DNA of 64,000 bases from Parcubacteria group bacterium LiPW_41 (GCA_007375535.1 VMEM01000001.1:39462-103461); one strand, 5' to 3'; shown: positions 9,060 through 16,590, counted from the first letter of the stretch. Translations and numbers: made by a program. The notes: a model not told the origin generated them from the letters alone.

Positions 9060-9286
9060 AAAGTTGCTTCGCTTTGAAATAATTAAAAAATGTACATTTT
9101 TTAATATGTAGTCCCAAGGGGAATCCTTTCAACTAATCACTCGCCGTCGCTCGTGATTGTTTCAAGCCTGGGCTCACGGTGTATTCTACTGAATACACAT
9201 CGCTCCGCCCTTCGTTTCCCCACACGAAACAAGAAATTGTTTCGTTTTGGGATAATTAAAAAAATCTAAAAATTTTTTTAATCAGT
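9060..9286 (-). repeat. tRNA-Glu trailer element
   Basis: The distal end carries TAGTCCCAAGGGGAATC (9109-9125), a copy of the tRNA-Glu 3' end, with similar A/T hairpin flanks. The core contains GGGGAAACG, the hairpins GTGTATTC/GAATACAC and CGAAACAA/TTGTTTCG, and GAGCGACGGCGAG. Confidence 0.75.
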
Positions 9287-9356
9287 AGTCCCAAGGGGAA
9301 TCGAACCCCTATTTCCGCCGTGAAAGGGCGATGTCCTAACCGTTAGACGATGGGAC
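9287..9356 (-). tRNA. tRNA-Glu(UUC)
   Basis: Anticodon loop CTTTCAC and T-loop GGTTCGATTCC. Resembles canonical bacterial tRNA-Glu. Confidence 0.8.
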
Positions 9357-9367
9357 CAAACTGGGTG

Positions 9368-9454
9368 CGGAGGCGGAAGGATTCGAACCTTCGGAGGAGT
9401 TCCCCCCTCGACTTCTTAGCAGGAAGCCGCTTTCGACCGCTCAGCCACGCCTCC
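9368..9454 (-). tRNA. tRNA-Ser(GCU), type II
   Basis: Anticodon loop CTGCTAA, a long variable arm, discriminator G and acceptor GGAGGCG. Confidence 0.8.
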
Positions 9455-9571
9455 ACCCACATAACAGAGTGTACGATAAATATTCAATTTATTCAAGAAA
9501 CTAATACTTGGTAAACACATAATACTATCACGCTTTACGCGTCATCCTAATATAAGATATAATTTTTATAT

Positions 9572-10075
9572 ATGTCGAAGAGAAAGTGGACTCAAAAACA
9601 ACTCGAAGAAGCAATTAATTCTTCAACAAGCAATCGACAGGTTTTAAAAAAGTTGGGATTAAAGGAGGCGGGAGGAAATTATAGCCAAATAAAAAAATAC
9701 TCAAAAGAATTTAAAATCGATACTAGCCATTTCAAAGGTCAAGCGTGGAACAAAGGAAAGAAGGGACTAGGGAAGCCAAGAATCCCTTTATCAGAAATTT
9801 TGGTAGAAAATAGTAATTTCCAAAGTTTTAAATTAAAAAAAAGGTTATTTGCAGAAAAATTAAAATCTGAGTATTGTGAACACTGTGGGTGGGCAAAAAA
9901 ATCAAAAGATGGTAGGATTCCTCTTGAGCTCGATCATATAAATGGAAGAAGAAACGACAACAGAATAGAGAACCTTCGTATTCTTTGTCCAAATTGCCAC
10001 TCATTACAACCAACACATAGAGGTAAAAACATAAAGACTGCCCAGATGGCGGAACGGTATACGCGCAACACTTAA
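9572..10075 (+). CDS. HNH homing-endonuclease-like protein
   Basis: HNH motif CEHCGW…LELDHINGRRNDNRIENLRILCPNCHSL. The last 36 nt of the ORF overlap tRNA-Leu. Confidence 0.75.
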   Translation: MSKRKWTQKQLEEAINSSTSNRQVLKKLGLKEAGGNYSQIKKYSKEFKIDTSHFKGQAWNKGKKGLGKPRIPLSEILVENSNFQSFKLKKRLFAEKLKSEYCEHCGWAKKSKDGRIPLELDHINGRRNDNRIENLRILCPNCHSLQPTHRGKNIKTAQMAERYTRNT

Positions 10076-10122
10076 AATGTTGTGACCCAACGGTCTTGTG
10101 GGTTCGAATCCCACTCTGGGCA
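10040..10122 (+). tRNA. tRNA-Leu(UAA), type II
   Basis: Acceptor GCCCAGA/TCTGGGC, anticodon loop CTTAAAA and a long variable arm. Confidence 0.8.
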
Positions 10123-10350
10123 CAAATTCTACAACACCCTTCATGGGTGTTGTAGAATTTATTCATCAAGGGATTCGAAGGATATTCGAGCGCCCGAATG
10201 GGAAGAGTGAGTAAAATGAACGAAAGCGAGAAACCAAGGCTTCGGAGGAGGCACGAGAGTGCCGGAGGAGAAGAAATCCAACGTCGACCTACCAGTGAAT
10301 AAACCAAACACAAAACAATACCGCCAGTCCTTGGACTGGCGGTATTTTTA
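10123..10350 (+). repeat. tRNA-Leu trailer: terminator hairpin, a divergent GC-rich structured element, and a second terminator
   Basis: Hairpin TTCTACAACACCC/GGGTGTTGTAGAA, then the antisense T-arm AAGGGATTCGAAGG, GAACGAAAGCGAG, the hairpin GGCAC-GAGA-GTGCC, then ACCGCCAGTCC/GGACTGGCGGT with a T-run. Confidence 0.6.
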
Positions 10351-11001
10351 TTTTGCTTCTTTTTTTTCTTTCTTAAACAACTGATATGAATAAACAAAAA
10401 GTCCTATAATTCCGAAAATGAGTGGAATAAGAAACACAAGAAATGAGACAGTGGGAAATACAACACCAAGACATGCAACAACCCCTATAATTTTAAATAC
10501 TTTCCCTCCGAGTTTATGCGTTTTATCCCAAACCATTTCACTTGAAAGTGTCCATGGATTTCGAATACCCATAGTCCAATTCTGTTTTACCCGTTCAATA
10601 AGGAATCCCAATCCAATAAACAAGAAGCCAAAGAGAAACGGAAACACACGAGCGGGATCAATCCACGCTACAAGATTTGTTCCGATGATAAATAGTTGAA
10701 GGAGAAAAAAGAATGAACAGAGAAGAACAAGAAACGCATCATATATTCCCCTCATCTTTTCAATCACCTCTTTTTTTGGATCAAAATGGGGTACTGCAAC
10801 AAGAATTATGAGTAATACAAGTAAGATAATTGGAACAAATAAAATACCCCACAACTTCGACATGTATCCATTTACTTCCCCCATCGCCCCCCAGTGCGAC
10901 GCAATCTCGTCGGGAAGTACTGGGTAAAAATAAACCCCAACAAGTAGCGAGAGAACAATAATACCTAATGAAATTGCTACACCTTTAGTAAAAATCTTCA
11001 T
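10348..11001 (-). CDS. SdpI/YhfL-family membrane protein
   Basis: DUF1648-like YPVLPDEIASHW and the SdpI motif GIRNPWTLSSEMVWDKTH. Multi-TM. Confidence 0.7.
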   Translation of the reverse strand: MKIFTKGVAISLGIIVLSLLVGVYFYPVLPDEIASHWGAMGEVNGYMSKLWGILFVPIILLVLLIILVAVPHFDPKKEVIEKMRGIYDAFLVLLCSFFFLLQLFIIGTNLVAWIDPARVFPFLFGFLFIGLGFLIERVKQNWTMGIRNPWTLSSEMVWDKTHKLGGKVFKIIGVVACLGVVFPTVSFLVFLIPLIFGIIGLFVYSYQLFKKEKKEAK

Positions 11002-11063
11002 AATTTCTATTATAGTACCACCTACTACACAAAAATTAAATTGTCTGATATTCTAATCCAGTT

Positions 11064-11151
11064 GGAAGGTTGGCAGAGTGGTCGAATGCGCCGCACTTGA
11101 AATGCGGTATGCCGAAAGGCATCGGAGGTTCGAATCCTCCACCTTCCGCCA
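11064..11151 (+). tRNA. tRNA-Ser(UGA), type II, with encoded CCA
   Basis: Acceptor GGAAGGT/ACCTTCC, anticodon loop CTTGAAA, a long variable arm, and an encoded 3' GCCA. Confidence 0.8.
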
Positions 11152-11155
11152 ACAT

Positions 11156-11190
11156 AAAAAGTACACCACTTGGTGTACTTTTTATGTTTT
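11156..11190. terminator. Hairpin AGTACACCA/TGGTGTACT with A/T flanks
   Basis: Perfect 9-bp stem. Confidence 0.6.
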
Positions 11191-11372
11191 TGATGTGTGG
11201 ATTCGAACCGCAGGCTCCCTATTTTCTTAGTGAGCGAAGCGAGCTTAGAAAATAGCAGTGTCGCACATTGTGCGACCCGCAGTCATTATTTGAGAACGTA
11301 GGTCTCGAGTTCAGCAGAACGAGAGGAGAATCACTAACTTGTAAGCTCATTCATGCGATATATAATTGCTAG
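11186..11372 (+). repeat. Degenerate trailer-element copy after tRNA-Ser(UGA)
   Basis: Begins with the antisense T-arm GTGGATTCGAACC. Contains GTGAGCGAAGCGAGC, the hairpin GTCGCAC att GTGCGAC, and GGTCTCGAG. Confidence 0.45.
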
Positions 11373-11921
11373 GTGCAATACATAACATTTTTCTTTCTCA
11401 TTATCACACTCCTAGTTATTACTGGAGTCATTTATTCACTTTGGCGACTCTTGTTTAAAAAGAATCATGCTCCATTCATCCCAATCCCACATGACGCAAT
11501 TCCGTCACTTGTGGAACATGCTGACATAAATAAAGGAGATGTTGTGTATGATCTTGGGTGTGGAGATGCACGAATACTAAAAATATTAGCGAAAAAATAT
11601 TCTGATGCTCAATTCATAGGAATTGAAAAGGCATTATTCCCCTATATAATTGCAAAAATTTCTTCACTTCGATTTCCAAATATAACAATACGACGAAAAA
11701 ATTTCTTTAAGATACCAATTGCAAATGCAACAGTAGTGATAACCTATTTATTTCCAAGCGTTATGGATCTTTTGCTTCCAAAATTTGAAAAAGAACTTCA
11801 CAACACAAAACTCCTCTCATTTGATTTTCCCTTCTCAAAAAAAGAATATGAAACAATGTATGTAATAAAGGAGCGACAAGGGAAACTTGGATCAAAGATA
11901 TTTATATACCGATTTGAATAA
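11373..11921 (+). CDS. Class I SAM-dependent methyltransferase with an N-terminal TM anchor
   Basis: Motif I VVYDLGCGDARIL. Confidence 0.65.
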   Translation: MQYITFFFLIITLLVITGVIYSLWRLLFKKNHAPFIPIPHDAIPSLVEHADINKGDVVYDLGCGDARILKILAKKYSDAQFIGIEKALFPYIIAKISSLRFPNITIRRKNFFKIPIANATVVITYLFPSVMDLLLPKFEKELHNTKLLSFDFPFSKKEYETMYVIKERQGKLGSKIFIYRFE

Positions 11922-12070
11922 AAAATTGTTTTAGCGTATCATTTCACCATATAATATGAATAAGAAAAATAAACTTGCAAAAAAGAAACATTCGAAGAAA
12001 GCAGGAAAAAAGATAAATTTGCGCGCTCGATAAAACTTTATAAAAAACACCCCACAATTGTGGGATGTTT

Positions 12071-12676
12071 TTATTTATACAACTCACAGATCGCATCAAT
12101 CTGTTTATGCAAATATTCTCCGCGCCACTTATCCTTTTTAGGTAATCGTTTTGTGAGCAATGAAACAAGTGGTAATAAATGATTGCGCGTCTCCTCAATC
12201 TGAGTTTTTTGTTTTTCTCTTGTGCAGTTTTTCAATGTTCGAAGATTATGTAATCGATCACACAACTTCACTAAAATTGTTTTGTTGTCTCCATATATTG
12301 AAAGTCGCTTGAAATAACCTTCTTTTGGTTTCTTTGTAAGAAGTTTCAATCCAATAACTACTTCCTTTCCAAAATTTAACTCAATTCGATACGGAGAAAG
12401 GATGTGTGAATCCTCTAGCACGTCGTGTAACAATGCCATAATAATTGTCTGCGCATCATTCACCTTCAATTCTTCTATTAAAATATGAGCAACTGATTTT
12501 GGATGTTCAAAATATCGGGTCCCGTCGTCTCTCTCTTGGCCACGATGTCCATATTTTGAAAGAATATACGCAGTCTCAATTGCCTCAAGTTCTTTTGGAG
12601 ACATTATTGGCTCCAACTTTGCCATAAACTCCACACGACCAAGATCAATGTATCCATCAGTGTTTGGCTGCTTCAT
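12071..12676 (-). CDS. HD-domain hydrolase of the RelA/SpoT type, similar to the small alarmone hydrolases
   Basis: HD motif LLHDVLED and the downstream DRLHNLRTL. Confidence 0.65.
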   Translation of the reverse strand: MKQPNTDGYIDLGRVEFMAKLEPIMSPKELEAIETAYILSKYGHRGQERDDGTRYFEHPKSVAHILIEELKVNDAQTIIMALLHDVLEDSHILSPYRIELNFGKEVVIGLKLLTKKPKEGYFKRLSIYGDNKTILVKLCDRLHNLRTLKNCTREKQKTQIEETRNHLLPLVSLLTKRLPKKDKWRGEYLHKQIDAICELYK

Positions 12677-12700
12677 TGTTATTAGTATAATTGAGAACTA

Positions 12701-13885
12701 TTAATCAATCACCTCCCTTCTTAGCCGTTCAGGAATTCTAACGAGAATCTCATAAGGGATCGTTCCACACAAACCCGCTATAGAAGTGACAGAGTTTTTA
12801 TTTGATAACTCCTTACTTATCACACAGACCTCGTCTTCCTCTTTTATATTGAAAACTGAAGACACATCAACACTCACCATATTCATACTCACCCTCCCAA
12901 TAATTGAGCAAACGATATTTTGAATATAAATTGTACCAGAGTTAGAAAGTCGACGATCAATACCCTCAAAATATCCAACAGGAATTATTGCGATTTTCAT
13001 TTCTTGATTGGCGGAAAATGTTGCATTATATCCGACAAAATCACCTCGTTTTATTGTTTTAATTCCTACAACCACCGAAAACATCTCAAGCGCAGGAATG
13101 AGGTTTAATTTCCTTTCAGGAACCGGATCAAACCCATATAAACCAATCCCAAGACGAACAACATTTGCATCAAATTGCTTTATATATTGAGTTCCCGCTG
13201 TCGCGCTGATATGGAAATAGCGAATAGCATTAAACTTCGAACGAAATATTGGAACAACGGTGTTCCAAATAGTCTTTTGTCTCTCTACATGTAAGGAATT
13301 TTCAACATCAGCATCAGCAAGATGAGAACAGACTCCATCGATATTGATGTTTTTATTTGATTGAATAAGAGAAATGACATAATCAATATCTTCATATCGA
13401 ATTCCTTGCCGATTCATGCCGGTATCACACTTAATATGAAATATTTGTGGTTGTTTTAATGTTTCAGCAATTTCTCGTACTTGATGTGGAGTAGAAAGTG
13501 TAAAAATAATATTTTTATCGGTATTTTTTATAATATTTGATAAAAATGAATATCCTATCACTAGTATTGGTGTTTTAATATTTTCATTGCGAAGCATAAG
13601 TGCCTCATAGTATGAATCAACGACAAAAAATGGGACGCTTTTTTCGTCAAGAATTTTTGCAACAGGAATTAATCCATGTCCATACGCATTACTTTTTAAC
13701 ACTGGAGCAATCTTTATATCAGATTGTATATTTGAAAACACCTCATAATTATGAAGTAACGCTGATCGAGAAATCTTAATACGCACCAACGGCTCATAAT
13801 CAGTTAATGATTTTCTAAATTTACGAATAAAGTTTCGAAGAAAAACGAGCATATTATTATATATTATTTTCGCTCTCAAACTCAT
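12701..13885 (-). CDS. alr: Alanine racemase
   Basis: PLP-lysine motif VLKSNAYGHG. Confidence 0.85.
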   Translation of the reverse strand: MSLRAKIIYNNMLVFLRNFIRKFRKSLTDYEPLVRIKISRSALLHNYEVFSNIQSDIKIAPVLKSNAYGHGLIPVAKILDEKSVPFFVVDSYYEALMLRNENIKTPILVIGYSFLSNIIKNTDKNIIFTLSTPHQVREIAETLKQPQIFHIKCDTGMNRQGIRYEDIDYVISLIQSNKNINIDGVCSHLADADVENSLHVERQKTIWNTVVPIFRSKFNAIRYFHISATAGTQYIKQFDANVVRLGIGLYGFDPVPERKLNLIPALEMFSVVVGIKTIKRGDFVGYNATFSANQEMKIAIIPVGYFEGIDRRLSNSGTIYIQNIVCSIIGRVSMNMVSVDVSSVFNIKEEDEVCVISKELSNKNSVTSIAGLCGTIPYEILVRIPERLRREVID

Positions 13886-14660
13886 GATATTCTAAATCAA
13901 ACTGGAAATTATTTTTAAAGTATTCTTTTGTCTCCTCAATGGTTGTAAATCCCAACTCATTTTTTCCACTAAACAAATCAAAATAGGCATCTCTATATTT
14001 TTGCAACTTAAACGGGATTTTTTTTGGATCTACATCCCCGCACCGATTCATCTCAATCCATCCATTTTTCGAATATATTCTTTCTCTATTTTTTCCACTA
14101 ACACTCTCATTTATTTGGTTTTCACTTAAAAATATCTGAAGATCTCCCTCACTCGGCAAAACTCCTTTATTAAAAAGAATAGGAAGATTTTCTTGCTTTT
14201 CTTTATCAAGCTCAAACGCATCAAGAAAATCTGGATGCGAGTGCGCATAAAAAAATCCATTATTCTTTTTACCAACACCATGAGTACGCGCCCCAACAGA
14301 AAAAAAGAAAACAGAGTCGCCAACTTTTTCAACTGCTAATTCATATTGATTTTTTTTCCTAACAAACTCTTCAAAAATAGTATTCACCAATAAATTTTCT
14401 TTTGTCTCGACAAAAAAACCAACTTGGTCTTTTGTATAATTTGGAACATTTGGTAGTAAGGCCCAAATATCTTCTACATTTTTCTCCCTAAGTGGGCCTT
14501 CAATACTTGAAACGGGAAGTTTTTGTTTCCACAAATCAAACTCATTTTTTTCTTCTTCTGAATATTTTCCTAATCCAGATTTTTCCATGAGTTTCTTTAC
14601 TTGAACTTCTTTTTCAATATTAGGAGGAAACATTGGAAACTGATCAAACTTTTGTTTCAT
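13857..14660 (-). CDS. Hypothetical protein
   Basis: 267-aa ORF whose stop overlaps the alr start. No recognisable motif. Confidence 0.45.
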   Translation of the reverse strand: MKQKFDQFPMFPPNIEKEVQVKKLMEKSGLGKYSEEEKNEFDLWKQKLPVSSIEGPLREKNVEDIWALLPNVPNYTKDQVGFFVETKENLLVNTIFEEFVRKKNQYELAVEKVGDSVFFFSVGARTHGVGKKNNGFFYAHSHPDFLDAFELDKEKQENLPILFNKGVLPSEGDLQIFLSENQINESVSGKNRERIYSKNGWIEMNRCGDVDPKKIPFKLQKYRDAYFDLFSGKNELGFTTIEETKEYFKNNFQFDLEYHEFESENNI

Positions 14661-14782
14661 TATTCAATAATAGAAGAACCTGTGAATTTAGCCAACGAAA
14701 TAGGTTGTGGTGTTCTATCAGGTGTAAAACCCTAAAAAAGTAAAATGACCTACTGGGATTGCACAGATGCTCATTGTTTTTG

Positions 14783-14853
14783 TGGACCTACGGGGAGTCG
14801 AACCCCGACTTAGCGCATGCCATGCGCTTATTCTACCATTGAATTATAGGCCC
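14783..14853 (-). tRNA. tRNA-Ala(GGC)
   Basis: G3:U70 in the acceptor (GGGCCTA/TAGGTCC), anticodon loop ATGGCAT and T-loop GGTTCGACTCC. Confidence 0.8.
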
Positions 14854-15530
14854 ATATTTTTTCTTAATATTTCAAAGATAACTAAAAATTCATTAAAAAT
14901 ATTAGCAGAAAAATAATCTATTCGACACACGCCTTTATAATTCATTTTTCGTGATTTTTTATTAATAGAACGAGGATCAACTCGCGCTTTATAAAAACAA
15001 GATAAAGGAATATTAGTCAGCTTCGACCAAAAAATTTCCAACTTTTCGATGTTTTGATCATCCCTACACTGTAGGGTACACCTAAACTTACTCTCGTCAA
15101 CCTCATAACAACTCCTTAAAAGATTTAGAAATAATTTAATAATTAATGGATCAGAGTTGCCAATGGTAATACTCCCCTTTTTTGTTTTAGATCCCTCAGC
15201 TAAATAAAGCATAGCAAGAGTAATTTTTTTTGTTTTTTTGTCGTTTAATTCACCAATAACCCACTTATTTTCATTTAATAAATTTTCTAGGTATTTTTTT
15301 CTTTTCTCTTTTTTTACTTCCAGTGCTTTCTGTCTCGCCACCTTCAAATCTTTTACTCGTTTTGTTTCTAATTTTTGTTTTTGAAGATTTGAAAGTTCTA
15401 TACCTTTTAACCAAAATGAAATCGTACTTTTTGGAATGTTGGAACCAAGTGCTCTATTAATTTGCAGAAATGAATAACCCTTTTTTCTCAGGGCTATCAC
15501 ACGTTCTCTCATATTTTTTTGGGTGCTCAC
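14844..15530 (-). CDS. LAGLIDADG-family homing-endonuclease-like protein with an N-terminal HTH
   Basis: Single LAGLIDADG motif LAMLYLAEGSK. Its stop overlaps the 5' end of tRNA-Ala by 10 nt. Confidence 0.7.
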   Translation of the reverse strand: MSTQKNMRERVIALRKKGYSFLQINRALGSNIPKSTISFWLKGIELSNLQKQKLETKRVKDLKVARQKALEVKKEKRKKYLENLLNENKWVIGELNDKKTKKITLAMLYLAEGSKTKKGSITIGNSDPLIIKLFLNLLRSCYEVDESKFRCTLQCRDDQNIEKLEIFWSKLTNIPLSCFYKARVDPRSINKKSRKMNYKGVCRIDYFSANIFNEFLVIFEILRKNMGL

Positions 15531-15569
15531 TATTCAATTGTACCACAGAAGTCATCCATGTCCAAAAAT

Positions 15570-15755
15570 TTTGTGGGCGATAAGGAATCGAACGTCGTCT
15601 CATCAGAATGAGACTCCCACGAACCCAGCGGTTCGTGCGCTCCGCCACTGGGAAACTCCCGTTTCCCCGACCCCTTTCCCAGTTCGAGTCCTGTATATCA
15701 CAAGATATAAAAACAACGCATTTGCTTTAGAAATAGTGCATTGTTTTTATCTATG
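15570..15755 (-). repeat. tRNA-Val(GAC) trailer element
   Basis: In tRNA orientation: a terminator hairpin, the antisense T-arm ATACAGGACTCGAAC, GGGAAAGGGGTCGGGGAAACGGGAGTTTCCC, the hairpins CACGAACC/GGTTCGTG and GTCTCAT/ATGAGAC, and a sense end GTTCGATTCCTTATCGCCCAC. Confidence 0.75.
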
Positions 15756-15829
15756 TGGGCGATACAGGACTCGAACCTGTGACCTTTACAATGTCAATGT
15801 AACGCTCTAACCAGCTGAGCTAATCGCCC
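15756..15829 (-). tRNA. tRNA-Val(GAC)
   Basis: Acceptor GGGCGAT, anticodon loop TTGACAT and T-loop GGTTCGAGTCC. Confidence 0.8.
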
Positions 15830-15834
15830 TTATA

Positions 15835-16155
15835 TTATTTTTCCTTCTTTTCTTTTTTCAATTCTTTCACCGCTTCAGTAAGTGAAACATCAGGATGTTT
15901 TGCAACCGCCTCAAGCATATCTGCAAGCTTCACATATCCGTCATTGAGTGGAAGCTCTTTAGCCTTCATAAACCAATGCTTCTTTTTTCCTCCATCGGCT
16001 TTTTCCAGCTCCAACGCAATCATATCTGGCGTCTCATCATTCTTTAATTTCCTCCCGAGATCTGCCTCTGTTTTTTCAAAGCGTTTATATACTTCTTTTT
16101 TATCCTCCTTCTTCAATTTGTCCATGCCAAAGCTGAAGTGATCAAACATAATCAC
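15835..16155 (-). CDS. Hypothetical small charged protein
   Basis: 106-aa ORF, Lys/Glu-rich. Confidence 0.4.
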   Translation of the reverse strand: MIMFDHFSFGMDKLKKEDKKEVYKRFEKTEADLGRKLKNDETPDMIALELEKADGGKKKHWFMKAKELPLNDGYVKLADMLEAVAKHPDVSLTEAVKELKKEKKEK

Positions 16156-16224
16156 ATAATACCTGAGACATAAAAAAATACAAATCTTTACTCTAATCTA
16201 AGATTAATCTATAAATAGACAGAA

Positions 16225-16296
16225 GCCCTTGTAGTTCAACGGATAGAACAGTGCCGTCCTAAGGCGAAGATGGGAGTTCGATTCTCTCCAAGGGCA
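16225..16296 (+). tRNA. tRNA-Arg(CCU)
   Basis: Acceptor GCCCTTG/CAAGGGC, anticodon loop GTCCTAA and T-loop GTTCGATTC. Confidence 0.75.
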
Positions 16297-16300
16297 CATA

Positions 16301-16387
16301 GGAGGGGTGGCTGAGTGGTCGAAGGCACACGACTCGAAATCGTGCAGGGGTGAAAGCCCCTCGAGAGTTCAAATCTCTCCCCCTCCG
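16301..16387 (+). tRNA. tRNA-Ser(CGA), type II
   Basis: Acceptor GGAGGGG/CCCCTCC, anticodon loop CTCGAAA, a long variable arm and discriminator G. Confidence 0.8.
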
Positions 16388-16590
16388 CTAATATCAAAAC
16401 AATACACTTCATGTGTATTGTTTTATATTCGGAGAGATTTAAACGGGAAAGGGGTCGGGAAAACGGAAGTTTTCCCGTGGTGGAAGTACTGAAACCGCAA
16501 GGTGTCAGAAAATTTCGTCTGCGAAATTTTGTTCAATTCCCTCCCCCTCCACAAACAAAAAACACCATACAAAGTGGTGTTTTTAATTTT
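16388..16590 (+). repeat. tRNA-Ser(CGA) trailer element
   Basis: A terminator hairpin, the antisense T-arm GGAGAGATTTAAAC, GGGAAAGGGGTCGGGAAAACGGAAGTTTTCCCG, TGGTGGAAG, the hairpin CTGAAACC-GCAA-GGTGTCAG, a pseudo-anticodon arm ATTTCG-TCTG-CGAAAT, the sense end GTTCAATTCCCTCCCCCTCCAC, and a second terminator. Confidence 0.8.

Noticed and set aside
10165-10320. SRP (4.5S) RNA candidate
   Set aside because: A GNRA-capped hairpin with symmetric GGAGGAG flanks is present, but the conserved domain IV sequence (AGGUCCGGAAGGAAGCAGC-like) is not. It is more plausibly a divergent trailer-element copy.
15600-15640. CTGATGAG (hammerhead ribozyme box) plus a nearby GAAAC and GTC in the Val-GAC trailer element
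   Set aside because: The order of the boxes (GAAAC, then CUGAUGAG, then GUC) and the absence of stem I and stem II hairpins between them do not fit any hammerhead topology. CTGATGAG is simply one arm of the perfect hairpin GTCTCAT-TCTG-ATGAGAC.
15457-15810. ORFs 15457-15648(-) and 15523-15810(+)
   Set aside because: They overlap the Val-GAC trailer element and the tRNA-Val gene. They are GC-rich structured RNA rather than coding sequence.
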